A stretch of DNA of 64,000 nt from an uncultured delta proteobacterium (GCA_963727625.1 CAVSHR010000004.1:448001-512000); one strand, 5' to 3'; positions 1 to 11,009 are shown, numbered from the stretch's first letter. Notes: generated by a model from the sequence alone, not told the origin. Numbers and translations: made by a program.

Positions 1-1168
1 GCGCATCGGCATCCAACTGGCCGATCGTCGAGCCATGGCTGCACTTGACGTCGTCGGCGTAAATCTCCAATTGAGGCTTGGTGTTGACCGCCGCTTGCGC
101 CGACAAAAGCAGATTTTTATTGGTCTGGCGGGCATCGGACTTCTGCGCGTCTTTATGAACTATAATCTTACCATTAAAGACCCCGTGGGAGGCGCCGTTG
201 AGAATTCCCTTGTAAAGCTCCAAGCTGGTCGTCCTCGGTTTGACATGCTCGATCTCCGTAAAATTGTCCACATGTTGCTTGCCATCGCCGAGATAAAGGC
301 CATTGAGCACGCACTCGGCGCCTTCGCCGTTGAGCATAACGTGCACATTGCTGCGCACCAGCAATCCGCTCAGAGTTACGGCGTGGGCCGTCAGATGACA
401 ACCGCGCGACAAACTCACGTCCAGCGTGCCCATGTGAAAAGCCGATTCCCCTTCGCACTGCAATCGGTAATATTCGACGATCGCATCGGCCTCGGCGACC
501 AATTCGGTCACGGCGTTGCAAAAATATGTCCCGCCGTTCACGCTCGCATAACTTTCAACGATTTTCGCCTCGCTGCCGGCGCCCAGCATAATCAAAGTGC
601 GCGGATGAGCGACGATCTGCCGATCTCTTACGCTCGCGGCATAAACCACGTAGATCGGCTGAGATAGCCGAAAACCTGGCTCCACCACGATCACCGCGCC
701 GTCGTCGAAAAAAGCCGTGTTTAGCGCCACAAAGGCTTGACGTCGATGCTCGGCGTAACGCCCTAAGCGCTCTGGAAGCACCGGGTTATTCCGTTCGATC
801 CAATCTGCCAAAGAGCTTACCCGCACGCCGGCGGGCAAGCTGTCGGTCGACGAGAGTTCCGGCGCATAAACCCCGTTGACGAATACCAGGCGCGGGGCGG
901 CGGCATCGACGCACGCGTGAGACAAAATCTCCCCGACACCGACATTTTTGGCTTCGCCATTGCTGAAAACGAAAGGCAACGACACCACCGGTTCAACGTT
1001 GGTATATTTCCAATCTTCGTTTTTTGTCGTTGGAAATCCGAGCGAGGCGAAGCTCGCCATCGACGCCTGGCGCAACTCCTCGAGCCATTCTGGACCGCGG
1101 GTTTCTGCCGTCCGGCGCTCTTTGAAGGTGGCTATATAGCGTTCAGCGCTTTGCATTGCTTGCGTCAT
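1..1168 (-). CDS. sufD: Fe-S cluster assembly protein SufD (runs off the left edge)
   Basis: Manual translation from ATG 1168: MTQAMQSAERYIATF...GFPTTKNEDWKYTNV...NKNLLLSAQAAVNTKPQLEIYADDVKCSHGSTIGQLDADA; directly downstream of sufC. Absent from the ORF track because the stop is outside the window. Confidence 0.92.
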   Translation of the reverse strand, partial: MTQAMQSAERYIATFKERRTAETRGPEWLEELRQASMASFASLGFPTTKNEDWKYTNVEPVVSLPFVFSNGEAKNVGVGEILSHACVDAAAPRLVFVNGVYAPELSSTDSLPAGVRVSSLADWIERNNPVLPERLGRYAEHRRQAFVALNTAFFDDGAVIVVEPGFRLSQPIYVVYAASVRDRQIVAHPRTLIMLGAGSEAKIVESYASVNGGTYFCNAVTELVAEADAIVEYYRLQCEGESAFHMGTLDVSLSRGCHLTAHAVTLSGLLVRSNVHVMLNGEGAECVLNGLYLGDGKQHVDNFTEIEHVKPRTTSLELYKGILNGASHGVFNGKIIVHKDAQKSDARQTNKNLLLSAQAAVNTKPQLEIYADDVKCSHGSTIGQLDADA

Positions 1169-1188
1169 TTTTAAAGACCCGGGGCGAT

Positions 1189-1947
1189 TCAATGAACCAC
1201 AGCCACTTCGCCTTTGATCCAATCGTAACCTTTGCTTTCCAACTCAAGCGCCAGCTCTTTGGTACCGGACTTGACGATACGCCCGTCGTAAAGCACGTGG
1301 ATAAAATCCGGAACAATGTAGTCCAACAAACGCTGGTAGTGGGTGATCACGATCATGGCGCGGTCCTTGCCGCGCAGCGCGTTGACGCCGTTGGCGACGA
1401 TGCGCAGGGCGTCGATATCAAGACCCGAGTCGGTTTCGTCGAGCAACGCGAGCGTCGGCCCCAACACCGCCATCTGCAAAATTTCATTGCGTTTCTTTTC
1501 GCCGCCGGAGAATCCCTCATTGAGCGGCCGGTTGATCAGCGCCTGATCCATTTCGACCAGCTTCATTTTGTCTTTGATGAGCTCCAGAAATTCCATAGCG
1601 TCGAGCTCTTCCAAACCCCGGTGCTTGCGCACCGAGTTGAGCGCCGCTTTGAGAAAATAGGTCGTGCTGACTCCGGGGATTTCAACCGGGTACTGAAAGG
1701 CCAGAAAAATCCCCTCCCGGGCGCGATTCTCCGGGCTCATGGCCAACAGATCCTTGCCTTGATAAGTTACCTGTCCGCCGGTCACTACGTAGTTTTCCCG
1801 ACCTGACAAAACATGCGCCAGAGTGCTCTTTCCCGAACCGTTAGGGCCCATAATGGCATGCACTTCACCGGCACCGACGTGAAGATCAATGCCCCGGAGG
1901 ATTTCCTTGCTGCCCACTTTTGCCTTGAGCCCCTCAATGTCTAACAT
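1189..1947 (-). CDS. sufC: Fe-S cluster assembly ATPase SufC
   Basis: MGPNGSGKST Walker A, FLAFQYPVEIPGV, NEGFSGGEKKRNEILQM, LDETDSGLDIDAL; start placed at MLDIEGL (1947). Confidence 0.96.
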   Translation of the reverse strand: MLDIEGLKAKVGSKEILRGIDLHVGAGEVHAIMGPNGSGKSTLAHVLSGRENYVVTGGQVTYQGKDLLAMSPENRAREGIFLAFQYPVEIPGVSTTYFLKAALNSVRKHRGLEELDAMEFLELIKDKMKLVEMDQALINRPLNEGFSGGEKKRNEILQMAVLGPTLALLDETDSGLDIDALRIVANGVNALRGKDRAMIVITHYQRLLDYIVPDFIHVLYDGRIVKSGTKELALELESKGYDWIKGEVAVVH

Positions 1948-1975
1948 GCGCAATCCTTTCAAACGTCTTTGGCAG

Positions 1976-2473
1976 TCAAACTGCCTTCTGCAGTGGCACT
2001 TTAACCAAGCGATCCTTGAGCCCCTGGCGATCGGCGATTTCTGCAACGGTCACGCCGGACAGAAACTGGGCGAGCACCTCTTGGGCCTTTTCCCACACTG
2101 ATTTTTGCGAGCACACCGCGCAGAAAGAACAGTAATTGGCGCCTTTCTCCAAACATTCCATCAACACCAGCGGCCGCTCGACGGTTTCGTAAATATCCTT
2201 GATCGAAATTGCGCCGGCACCTTTCGCCAGAGTAAATCCGCCCTTGGAGCCGATGTGTGATCGCACCAGCCCCCCGGCAACCAAATCCTTCATGATCTTT
2301 GAGAGATAGAACGAAGGAATATCCTGGCTCTTTTCGATATCGGCGCGGCTTACGACTTTTTCCGCCGGCTGCCCAGCTAGGTAAGATAGAGCGCGCACCG
2401 CGTAGTCCACCCGCCGCCCCACATTCATCAGGGAACTACGTTCGCTTCTTGGCTTGTTTGTTTTCGCCATCAC
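1976..2473 (-). CDS. Rrf2-family (IscR-like) transcriptional regulator
   Basis: VDYAVRALSYLA, IPSFYLSKIMKDLVAGGLVRSHIGSKGGFTLAK, Cys cluster ECLEKGANYCSFCAVC; heads the suf operon. Start may be at 2428. Confidence 0.9.
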   Translation of the reverse strand: MMAKTNKPRSERSSLMNVGRRVDYAVRALSYLAGQPAEKVVSRADIEKSQDIPSFYLSKIMKDLVAGGLVRSHIGSKGGFTLAKGAGAISIKDIYETVERPLVLMECLEKGANYCSFCAVCSQKSVWEKAQEVLAQFLSGVTVAEIADRQGLKDRLVKVPLQKAV

Positions 2474-2483
2474 TCGGTTTTTA

Positions 2484-2513
2484 AATATAGACTCCTTAGG
2501 TCTTTGTTGTCAA
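2484..2513 (-). promoter_or_regulatory. Sigma70 promoter of the rrf2-suf operon with an IscR-type operator in the spacer
   Basis: Minus strand TTGACA (2513-2508), 18 nt, TATATT (2489-2484); the spacer contains AGAC-N7-GTCT. Confidence 0.7.
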
Positions 2514-2567
2514 GGTCACGCGCTGATGTCTTTCTCAGCGCGTTGCCCTGTGCTAGGGAATATTCTT

Positions 2568-3107
2568 ATGTCGATATTGAAAGTCACTCGTCTCGGTCAT
2601 CCGGTTTTGCGCAAAGTCACCGAAACCGTCGTCCGGCGTGATCTCAAATCGTTGGCCATGCAAAAATTTATCGACGACATGGTCGAAACCATGAAGGAAT
2701 ACGACGGCGTCGGATTGGCCGCCGATCAGGTCTTCGAATCGAAACAAATTGCCGTTTTCGAGGTCGCGGACAACCCGCGCTATCCCGACAAACCACAAGT
2801 TCCCTTGACGGTGTTGGTAAACCCGAGATTTATGCCGCTGTCCGATGCCGAGGAAGAGGACTGGGAAGGCTGTCTCAGCATTCCGGATTTGCGCGGCCGG
2901 GTACCGCGCTACAAGAGCATCCGGGTGCAGGCGCTCGACCGCCAAGGGAACCAAATCGACTTCGTCGCCAAAGATTTCCATGCCCGGGTGGTTCAACACG
3001 AGGTCGATCATTTATACGGCAAAGTCTATCTCGACCGCATGCGCGACTTCACGACACTGACCTTCCTGCAAGAGTTTGCCCGTTACTGGCTGCATACGGC
3101 CGATTAG
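2568..3107 (+). CDS. def: Peptide deformylase
   Basis: GVGLAADQV, EGCLSI and QHEVDHLYG motifs. Confidence 0.95.
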   Translation: MSILKVTRLGHPVLRKVTETVVRRDLKSLAMQKFIDDMVETMKEYDGVGLAADQVFESKQIAVFEVADNPRYPDKPQVPLTVLVNPRFMPLSDAEEEDWEGCLSIPDLRGRVPRYKSIRVQALDRQGNQIDFVAKDFHARVVQHEVDHLYGKVYLDRMRDFTTLTFLQEFARYWLHTAD

Positions 3108-3158
3108 CGTGGGCGCGGCGTCGTTGAGTTTCCCGTCCTGAAAAGTTACAGTCGCGAA

Positions 3159-4454
3159 ATGGATTATCCCGCGCTTACAACGTCGCTTGAAAGACTGATC
3201 CGCACCGTCGCTCAACCCACCGCGCAGATTTTGGATCGCGCGCTATCGGGGCATGATCTCAGCGTCGACGATGCGGCCTTTCTGTTCGATGCCGAAGGCA
3301 CGGATCTCTTAGCGATGATCGCCGCCGCCGACGAGTTGCGCGCCCGTACCGTCGGTGATGTAGTGACTTACGTTATCAATCGCAACATCAATTTCACCAA
3401 CGTGTGCGTCAAAGCCTGCGGCTTTTGCGCCTTCAGCCGGGGTCATCTGGCGGAGGAAGGTTATTTTCTTCCGGTCGAGGAAATTATTCGACGCGCCACG
3501 GAAGCTTACGAGCTCGGCGCCACCGAAGTATGCGTGCAGGCCGGCCTAGCGCCGGGGATAGACGGCTGGCATTACGTCAAGCTCTGCCGGGCGTTAAAGG
3601 AAGCTCTGCCTGACGTGCACATTCACGGCTTTTCTCCCGAGGAAGTGCTCTATGGCTCAACGCTCACGGGAGTGAGCATTCGCGAGTATCTGCTTGCGCT
3701 CAAAGACGCTGGCGTCGGCAGCCTACCGGGCACGTCAGCGGAAGTTTTGGTGGATGAGATCCGTCAACGAGTCTCGCCGGGACGGATAGCCACTTCCCAA
3801 TGGATCGACCTGATCCAAACGGCGCATGAGGTTGGCATCAAAACGACGACGACGATCATGTATGGCCATATCGAAAGCTCCGTCGATAAGGCGACTCATT
3901 TAAATATTCTGCGCGAAATCCAGAAGCGCACCGGTGGCATCACTGAATTCGTGCCGCTGAGCTTTGTTTATGAAGAGGCGCCGATGTTTCACCGCAAACC
4001 GCTTGCCGGCCTGCGCCACGGCGCCAGCGGCGCTGAAGTGATGAAGATGTACGCTGTGTCGCGCTTGATGCTCAACAACTATATTCCAAATTTGCAGGTG
4101 TCCTGGGTCAAGGAAGGCCCCAAGCTGTCACAGATTGCGTTGCTCGCCGGCGCCAACGATTTCGGCGGCACGCTGATCAACGAGAGCATTTCGACCGCTG
4201 CGGGCGCCGCACATGGACAGCTGATGAAGCCGTCACAGTTCCGCGACATGATCCGCGAGATGGGCCGCATTCCCGCCGAGCGCTCAACGACCTATCAGAA
4301 AATTCGCGTATTCGAGTCCGAAGATCAGCACTGTGACCTGCTCGATGAAGTCAATGACCCCTCACAACGCTTCGGTTCCTATCAGAATCTCATTCGGCTC
4401 AAAGAATACCGCTTTCGAGATTTTTACCGCGAGCAGAAGATCACCAAGCATTGA
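3159..4454 (+). CDS. cofH: Radical SAM FO synthase subunit CofH
   Basis: NRNINFTNVCVKACGFCAF (CxxxCxxC), QVSWVKEG, GANDFGGTLINESISTAAGA, typical of CofH within the CofH/MqnC family. Confidence 0.8.
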   Translation: MDYPALTTSLERLIRTVAQPTAQILDRALSGHDLSVDDAAFLFDAEGTDLLAMIAAADELRARTVGDVVTYVINRNINFTNVCVKACGFCAFSRGHLAEEGYFLPVEEIIRRATEAYELGATEVCVQAGLAPGIDGWHYVKLCRALKEALPDVHIHGFSPEEVLYGSTLTGVSIREYLLALKDAGVGSLPGTSAEVLVDEIRQRVSPGRIATSQWIDLIQTAHEVGIKTTTTIMYGHIESSVDKATHLNILREIQKRTGGITEFVPLSFVYEEAPMFHRKPLAGLRHGASGAEVMKMYAVSRLMLNNYIPNLQVSWVKEGPKLSQIALLAGANDFGGTLINESISTAAGAAHGQLMKPSQFRDMIREMGRIPAERSTTYQKIRVFESEDQHCDLLDEVNDPSQRFGSYQNLIRLKEYRFRDFYREQKITKH

Positions 4455-4497
4455 GCCGTCCCGCGCGCCAGCGCGCAGCGCACATTTCCGCACAACC

Positions 4498-5103
4498 ATG
4501 ATCGGCAATCCCGCTCAGTTCGAAGCGATCGGCAATCGCCTGGGCTTTCGTGCCGTGCAGCAAGCCCCGCAAAAGCTTTTATGGCGTTGGCAAGGCGCCC
4601 GCTTCCCCGCGTTTCTCTGCCTGGGTATCGCTTTGTTGTTGCTTTTCGTCTCCGTGCCAATTTTAGAAGCGCTGCGCCAGCGCGGTTTCGTTGGACCGGC
4701 CGGATCTCTCTGGTACTTTCCGCTGATGAACCTCATCCTCTTCGGAATCTCGCTCTTTTTATTAACCCAGCGGCGCACCATCGAACTCGACAACGACAAG
4801 CGCAAAATCATCTTGCGCCGCCAAAGCCTTTACCGCACGAATCTGCTGGTCGCGAGCTATGACGAGGTTGACAAAGTGAGCCTCGGCATCGACCGAGTCT
4901 ACAGCGGTTTTGCCATCGGTGGCTCCACCGCCGCGGAAAAATTCCCCGTACCGGCTTTACGCATCACATTTAAAAGCGGCCAAAACGTCCTGCTCGACCG
5001 CAGCAGCTTTCGGCGTTTGATCGAGATCGCTAAGCCTATAAGCGAGCACATGGAAAGACCCCTCGAGATTGATCCGGAGTTGCAGATGCAATCGAAGGGT
5101 TGA
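4498..5103 (+). CDS. Hypothetical membrane protein (two TM helices)
   Basis: ORF with two hydrophobic segments followed by a soluble beta-rich tail; co-oriented with cofH. Confidence 0.65.
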   Translation: MIGNPAQFEAIGNRLGFRAVQQAPQKLLWRWQGARFPAFLCLGIALLLLFVSVPILEALRQRGFVGPAGSLWYFPLMNLILFGISLFLLTQRRTIELDNDKRKIILRRQSLYRTNLLVASYDEVDKVSLGIDRVYSGFAIGGSTAAEKFPVPALRITFKSGQNVLLDRSSFRRLIEIAKPISEHMERPLEIDPELQMQSKG

Positions 5104-5137
5104 ATCCGCCGGGTCATTTAATCGAAAAGAAAGCGAA

Positions 5138-5857
5138 TCAACTCATTGGCGTACGCGCAATAAGGTCGTGCAGCTGCGCGATAGCTTTCTTGACGCCCTC
5201 TTGGACGAGCTGAGCAGCGCTCAGCCATCGGATGCCGCGCTGGCCGACTTCGCCGATGGCAAAGATATTATCAGTGAGCGATTTTTGGGTTTCATCGAAG
5301 CGGGCCGACCAAATCACATCGCCGCGTCGCACGTCGATCAAGTCCAGGACGAAGCCCACCGAGGCCGGGCTTTTAGCCCCCCACTCATCGCCCACCCGCT
5401 CGCGGTAACGCTGCACCCTGCCGATGATCACCGCATCGGCGTAAACCATTTCGCCGATTTGCCGCAAACGGACCATTTCTTTGCCGGCTGGCGAAGACTG
5501 ACTCACCTCACGCACTTCGGCGTCCGAAATGATTTGCCAGTTGGGCATCGAGGCCATGACCGAATAGATGCTGCGCGCCAGGGTTTCCGGCGCATCCTCC
5601 GCCGCTGTTCTGGGGCCACGCGTCGTCCCCAGTGGCAGCTTGGGACGCGCCTCACCGCCTAAAATTCCAGCTGGTAGCACCGCTATTCGGCGGATTCGAC
5701 GGCTTTCCAGGTCCGACGAATAGCGGCTTTGAATGGTGCCGGGGCCAATGCTGCACGCTGCCGCAACCAACAAAAAAACCGGGAGGAGCGTCACCAGCCA
5801 CAGCACCCTCGAATAAACCACCCGGGTATAGATCGCAAGATTCGAATGATGGTCCAT
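5138..5857 (-). CDS. Putative lipoprotein (CsgG/LpoB-like fold)
   Basis: Lipobox-like LVAAAC, then RRIAVLP, ADAVIIGRVQRYRER and VGFVLDLIDVRRGDVIWS; start uncertain. Confidence 0.7.
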   Translation of the reverse strand: MDHHSNLAIYTRVVYSRVLWLVTLLPVFLLVAAACSIGPGTIQSRYSSDLESRRIRRIAVLPAGILGGEARPKLPLGTTRGPRTAAEDAPETLARSIYSVMASMPNWQIISDAEVREVSQSSPAGKEMVRLRQIGEMVYADAVIIGRVQRYRERVGDEWGAKSPASVGFVLDLIDVRRGDVIWSARFDETQKSLTDNIFAIGEVGQRGIRWLSAAQLVQEGVKKAIAQLHDLIARTPMS

Positions 5858-5864
5858 CGGCAGA

Positions 5865-7673
5865 TTACTTTCCGACCGCCGCTACGCGAATCCCCAACTC
5901 GCGCAGCTGGCGCGGTTCGACGGCGGACGGTGCATCGGTCAGCAGACAAACCGCGCGCTGGCTTTTCGGAAAGGCGATCACGTCGCGTAGAGACTTGGCC
6001 CCGCTCAGGAGCATCGCCAGGCGATCGATGCCGAAGGCAATGCCGCCATGCGGCGGTGCGCCGAAACTCAGCGCTTCAAGGAAAAAACCAAATTTCAATT
6101 CCGCTTCCTCGGCGCCAATGCCCATTAGGCTGAGAATCTTTTTCTGCAATTCGACTTGGTGGATTCGAATGCTACCGCCGCCGATCTCCACGCCGTTAAG
6201 CGCCAGGTCGTAGGCCTTCGATTGCGCCTTCGACGGATCGCTGTCGAGCAAAGCGAGATCCTCATCCAACGGCGCGGTGAATGGATGATGCAAGGCGACG
6301 TAACGCTTTTGTTCGGGGTCGAACTCCATCAGCGGAAAATCCACTACCCACACCAGCACAAATTCATCCTCAGGGATCAGCCCGAGCTTTTCGCCGAGCT
6401 GCATGCGCAAATTGCCCAACGCATCGTGGACGATCTTGGCGCTGTCGGCTGAGAACAAAACTACGTCGCCGACCCGGGCGCCGGCGATGCGCTCAATTTC
6501 TTTTTGCTCGGTCTCTGAAAGAAATTTAGCGATCGGCGACTGCCATCCTTCACCGGTGATCTTGGTCCAGGCAATCCCTTTGGCGCCGAAGGTCGCCACG
6601 AACGGTGTCATATCGTCCAAATCCTTGCGCGACATTTCGCCACCTTTAGGGATTCGGATGCCTTTGACCACGCCACCCTTTTGAATTGCCGTGGCAAACA
6701 CCTTGGCCTGGGAGTTGCGCAACGCGTCGGTGAAGTCACGGATCTCCAATCCGAAACGGAGATCAGGCTTGTCTGATCCGTAGCGATTCATCGCCTCTTC
6801 ATAGGTCAAGCGTTGGAACGGCCGCTTGAGCTCGATGCCCTTCAACTCCTTGAATAGCAAGGCGATCATACCCTCGACGACCTCCATCACGTCTTCCGAC
6901 TGGACAAAGGACAGCTCCATATCGAGCTGGGTGAATTCAGGCTGGCGGTCGGCGCGCAGGTCTTCGTCGCGAAAACACTTCACGATTTGAAAATAACGGT
7001 CCAGGCCGCCGACCATTAAAATCTGCTTGAACAGCTGCGGCGACTGGGGCAGAGCGTAGAACTTACCGGGGTAGATCCGGCTCGGCACGAGATAATCGCG
7101 CGCCCCTTCCGGAGTGCTCTTGGTCAGCACCGGCGTCTCGACGTCGATAAAGCCGTGGCCGTCGAGATAGTCACGGATCAATTTGGTCATGCGGTAACGC
7201 AGCAAGAGAGGACCCAGGCTCTGCGGCCGGCGCAAATCGAGATAGCGATACTTTAGCCGGGTGTTCTCGTTGGCGTCGGTTTCGTCTTCGACGATGAACG
7301 GCGGCACTTGCGACGCGTTGAGCAGTCGCAGCTCCCGGCAAACCAGCTCCACTTCCCCGGTTACAAGCTCGGGATTGATCGTCTCGGGCGATCTCCTCTC
7401 GAGCCTGCCGCGCACGGCGAGAACGTCTTCGGAACGGATCAGTTTGGCCTTCTCGTGCGCTGCCGCGTCGACTTCCGGCCGGAACACCACTTGGCAGATA
7501 CCGCTGCGGTCGCGCAGATCGACGAAAATCACCCCGCCATGGTCGCGCCGGCTGTGCACCCAACCGGCCAAGGTCATTTCTTTGCCGACCTCACTTCCGC
7601 GCGGCTCGCCGCAATAACAACTGCGCTTCCAATTGCCCAACTGGTCGTTAAACACCCGCTCCGTCGCCATCAA
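5865..7673 (-). CDS. aspS: Aspartate--tRNA ligase
   Basis: [70 protein letters not shown]. Confidence 0.98.
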   Translation of the reverse strand: MMATERVFNDQLGNWKRSCYCGEPRGSEVGKEMTLAGWVHSRRDHGGVIFVDLRDRSGICQVVFRPEVDAAAHEKAKLIRSEDVLAVRGRLERRSPETINPELVTGEVELVCRELRLLNASQVPPFIVEDETDANENTRLKYRYLDLRRPQSLGPLLLRYRMTKLIRDYLDGHGFIDVETPVLTKSTPEGARDYLVPSRIYPGKFYALPQSPQLFKQILMVGGLDRYFQIVKCFRDEDLRADRQPEFTQLDMELSFVQSEDVMEVVEGMIALLFKELKGIELKRPFQRLTYEEAMNRYGSDKPDLRFGLEIRDFTDALRNSQAKVFATAIQKGGVVKGIRIPKGGEMSRKDLDDMTPFVATFGAKGIAWTKITGEGWQSPIAKFLSETEQKEIERIAGARVGDVVLFSADSAKIVHDALGNLRMQLGEKLGLIPEDEFVLVWVVDFPLMEFDPEQKRYVALHHPFTAPLDEDLALLDSDPSKAQSKAYDLALNGVEIGGGSIRIHQVELQKKILSLMGIGAEEAELKFGFFLEALSFGAPPHGGIAFGIDRLAMLLSGAKSLRDVIAFPKSQRAVCLLTDAPSAVEPRQLRELGIRVAAVGK

Positions 7674-8953
7674 CTCGCCTTCCTCGCCGTCAACACAGCC
7701 TCCAAACGGTCCAATTTGATTTCTTCTTGCTGCTTGCTCGCCATGTCGCGCACCAGCGCCACGCCTCTATTGAGTTCGTCATCGCCAACGATCAATACCG
7801 AATCCGCCCTGAACTTGTCGGCCCGTCTCATTTGGCTCTTCAAGCTGCGCGTCTCGCCTTCCATTTCCACAGTCACGTTTTTTTGGCGCAATTGATGCAC
7901 CAGCGGGAACGCCCAATCGCGCGCTTTCTCCCCGACCCAAACGACGTAGACCGCCGGGCCACCGATGGTCCCGCGTTCTTGCAACTTGAGCAGCATGGTA
8001 AGGCGTTCGACACCCATCGCGAAACCTACGCCGGGAATCGCCGGCCCGCCGAGCTCTTGCACCAGGCCGTCGTAACGGCCGCCCGCCGCCACCGCGCTCT
8101 GTGCGCCCAGCAATGCGGTCGTCCACTCGAAAGTGGTACGGCAATAGTAGTCCAAGCCCCGAACCATCCGCGGATTGAGAGTAAAATTCACTTCGGTAGC
8201 GCGAAGCAAACGTTGCACCATCGCAAAGTGATCTAGACAAGCCGCACATAGCGAATCGAGGATCGACGGCGCATCCCGGGTCGCGTCAATGCAGCCGGGT
8301 TCCTTGCAATCGAGCACGCGCAACGGATTGCGCTCCATGCGCCGCCGGCAATTGTGGCATAGCACGTCCCGGCACTGTTGCAGAAACGACAGCAGCCTTT
8401 CCCGATACTTGGGCCGGCACTCGCCGTCTCCAAGAGAATTAAGCTGCAAGGATGGTTCGGTGAGTCCCAGACCGCGAAACAAATCGTTGAGCAAAAGCAA
8501 TATCTCGGCGTCGATGAATGGATCGCCGCGTCCGAGCGCTTCGGCGCCGATCTGGTGAAACTGGCGCATCCTGCCCTTCTGCGGCCGTTCACGCCGAAAC
8601 ATCGGACCGAGGTAGTAGAGCTTGCGCACCGGTTCGACTTTAAACATCTCCGCTTCTATGTACGCACGCACGACGCCGGCAGTGCCTTCCGGCCGGAGCG
8701 TGAGCTTGGTTGCCTCGGTGGATTCCGGATTGCGCGCGTCGCGATCCTCGAAGGTGTACATTTCTTTCTCGACGATATCCGTGGTCTCTCCGATGGAACG
8801 ACTGAACAGCTCGGTCTTCTCCAAAATCGGAATGCGGATCTCGGCATAATTATAGGCGCCAAAGACCTGGCGAGCGGTTGCCTCCATCGCCTGCCACAGC
8901 TCCACGTCGCCTGGCAGGATGTCCGCGAATCCCCTAATACTGGTAACCTTCAT
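7670..8953 (-). CDS. hisS: Histidine--tRNA ligase
   Basis: [44 protein letters not shown]; overlaps the aspS start. Confidence 0.98.
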   Translation of the reverse strand: MKVTSIRGFADILPGDVELWQAMEATARQVFGAYNYAEIRIPILEKTELFSRSIGETTDIVEKEMYTFEDRDARNPESTEATKLTLRPEGTAGVVRAYIEAEMFKVEPVRKLYYLGPMFRRERPQKGRMRQFHQIGAEALGRGDPFIDAEILLLLNDLFRGLGLTEPSLQLNSLGDGECRPKYRERLLSFLQQCRDVLCHNCRRRMERNPLRVLDCKEPGCIDATRDAPSILDSLCAACLDHFAMVQRLLRATEVNFTLNPRMVRGLDYYCRTTFEWTTALLGAQSAVAAGGRYDGLVQELGGPAIPGVGFAMGVERLTMLLKLQERGTIGGPAVYVVWVGEKARDWAFPLVHQLRQKNVTVEMEGETRSLKSQMRRADKFRADSVLIVGDDELNRGVALVRDMASKQQEEIKLDRLEAVLTARKAS

Positions 8954-9042
8954 ACTTCCTTTGGGCGGGCGTTCAATCAAAACACCATAAGAATGTTAGC
9001 AGGTCAAGCTGAGCCGAAGGGTGCGCCAGATACAACCCGCGG

Positions 9043-9765
9043 TCAACTCTGCGCCCTGTAGCGATAGAGCCGGCTGCGCCGGGTAGTTCCAAACAATTGG
9101 GCGAACAGAAATCCACGGAAGGTCATGAAATAAGTCAGACCCAGACCAACCAGAAAAGAATATAAGAAAAACTCCAAAAAACGCGGCAGACGAAATAGTA
9201 CGGGCTCGATAATATCAAGCAGGTAAAAACCGCCCACGGCCAAAAGTAGGTTTGGCAACAGCCACTCTAGCCAATTTTCAACGATAAAGTTATAGCTCGC
9301 GCCGATCAGCTCCAGCCCCGAAGTCCGGGTCTGATAGATAAGCTCAGGAACCGCGTTGAGCAGAACGTAGAGCACTAGCTTGATCAAGAAATAGATGAGT
9401 CCACCGTTGGGCACCGTGGCCAGGGCCGTGGCCGCGATCCGCATCGGTATCCAAAGGATGAACGCGATGCCGATCAATTCCCAGATATATACGGTAAAGC
9501 CGTTAAGAAAATCGTTCACGTCGGCCTTGTTGCTGTCGATCATGTTTTTGACGAGGAAAAGCCCGGAGCTCACGCAGGCCTGACTGGCAATCGAAAACAT
9601 CAGGCCGCCGATAATGCCGAAGGGAGCGACCAGCAAAGCGATAATTGTGAGCGCGATGCTATAGACCGCCGGAGCAAAGCTGACCACCCAGTTCCGACGT
9701 ACGCACTCCAACGATCGCTTGAACGCCATCGCGTACATCCAGAGCATGACTTGGAGAGTTTGCAT
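9043..9765 (-). CDS. Hypothetical integral membrane protein
   Basis: 240-aa ORF with about six hydrophobic segments. Confidence 0.75.
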   Translation of the reverse strand: MQTLQVMLWMYAMAFKRSLECVRRNWVVSFAPAVYSIALTIIALLVAPFGIIGGLMFSIASQACVSSGLFLVKNMIDSNKADVNDFLNGFTVYIWELIGIAFILWIPMRIAATALATVPNGGLIYFLIKLVLYVLLNAVPELIYQTRTSGLELIGASYNFIVENWLEWLLPNLLLAVGGFYLLDIIEPVLFRLPRFLEFFLYSFLVGLGLTYFMTFRGFLFAQLFGTTRRSRLYRYRAQS

Positions 9766-10135
9766 TTTCTACTTATAGCAAACCTAGTGCAGGGGTCCAG
9801 CTTCTACGCACAAAGGCTACGGACAAATAACCCGGCTCCGCCCCGATTCGCTAGCGCCTTCAAGGTCAAGCCGAATCAACGGGAGTTGGAGATGAAACAA
9901 TCTTTGAGCTCGCTCGCGCTATATCCGGTCGGCGTTCTATTCACTTATGCGAAATAGAAAGGTTGGCTCTTTGGCGCAGGGATTATAGACCGGCGCCGCT
10001 AAGCCGCCTCATCGATCTACGAAATCTAGCGGCCGCGGCAATACCGTAGCGTGCGCCGGGCCGAAGGATTGAATCATCAAATGTTTTTAAGCTCGCACGC
10101 GGGATGACCGGCTCACCGGCTGTTTAGAGCCGAAG

Positions 10136-10423
10136 TCAGCAGGAATAAATGTGAACTTCATTTTCTTCGATGCGCCGGCCGCGCGTGATCAGCCTGACAA
10201 TGCTGCACACGTTGCGGCTGACGTCGTTGATGTTGGCGGCTGGAAAGCCGTCGTTGATGTAGCGGCCGATAAATTTCTCCTCGCGCAGGTTGACGATCTG
10301 CAAGTATTCGTTGCTGCTCCCCTCGAAATAATGTTTAGTCCCGGGTGCCGGACTGTCCAAGTCATCTTGCAGTGACTTGGTAATTTTAATGCCGATAAAG
10401 AAACGCTTGCTTGGCTCCTCCAT
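10136..10423 (-). CDS. Small hypothetical protein
   Basis: 95-aa ORF with a strong RBS (AAGGAGTG) upstream of the ATG. Confidence 0.65.
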   Translation of the reverse strand: MEEPSKRFFIGIKITKSLQDDLDSPAPGTKHYFEGSSNEYLQIVNLREEKFIGRYINDGFPAANINDVSRNVCSIVRLITRGRRIEENEVHIYSC

Positions 10424-10647
10424 GGTTCACTCCTTAACTGCGATAAATATCATAGCGTTTGTGAAACAACCACAGTCCGCGAAGAAAGCATGCGCCGACC
10501 GACCAACAATACGCGCTCAGATTAGGGTATTGCTGAAACAAGCTCGATCACCACAATCGCAAACGCACTCGCAGGTCGCATCCAAATCAAACCAATCCAC
10601 AAGCGACAATTGCGCTGCAATGATTACGCAGGGCGATACGGAGTGGT

Positions 10648-11007
10648 TTAACGCGACGCGCCGGCCGCAGCTGCGGTACTGCTTCTGTAGAAGCGAATTT
10701 GCACCCTTTCAACCGTCGCCATACCGTCGGCGATCGCACCATCGACCAACGGTAAGAATGCGTCGATTTTGTCGACGCTGTCGACGATTTCAACGATAAT
10801 CGGCAGGTCCGTCGAAAGCTCGAGGATTTTTGCCGTGCGCACCCGGCTGCGCGCACCGAAGCCCTCGACCCCGCGCAGCACCGTAGCGCCCGCCAGGCCG
10901 TGTTCCCGGGCCGTGCGGACGAGCCATTCATAGAGCAACATTCCGGCATGGCGGTCGCTTTCTCCGATATACAGGCGCAGCAGCGCGCCTTCGCTAGGCA
11001 ATGTCAT
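10648..11007 (-). CDS. DUF190 (PII-like) protein
   Basis: LLRLYIGESDRH...GLAGATVLRGVEGFG...LSTDLPIIVEIVD; the usual crcB partner. Confidence 0.9.
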   Translation of the reverse strand: MTLPSEGALLRLYIGESDRHAGMLLYEWLVRTAREHGLAGATVLRGVEGFGARSRVRTAKILELSTDLPIIVEIVDSVDKIDAFLPLVDGAIADGMATVERVQIRFYRSSTAAAAGASR

Positions 11008-11009
11008 GG

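Noticed and set aside
1180-1196. GGGGCGATTCA resembling half of the RAYT REP at the sufC/sufD junction
   Set aside because: Only about 11 nt match, there is no palindrome, and it overlaps the sufC stop; chance is plausible.
9766-10135. 370-nt intergenic gap as a possible ncRNA or small ORF (MKQSLSS...)
   Set aside because: No recognisable 6S, tmRNA, SRP or riboswitch consensus; only short scattered stems.
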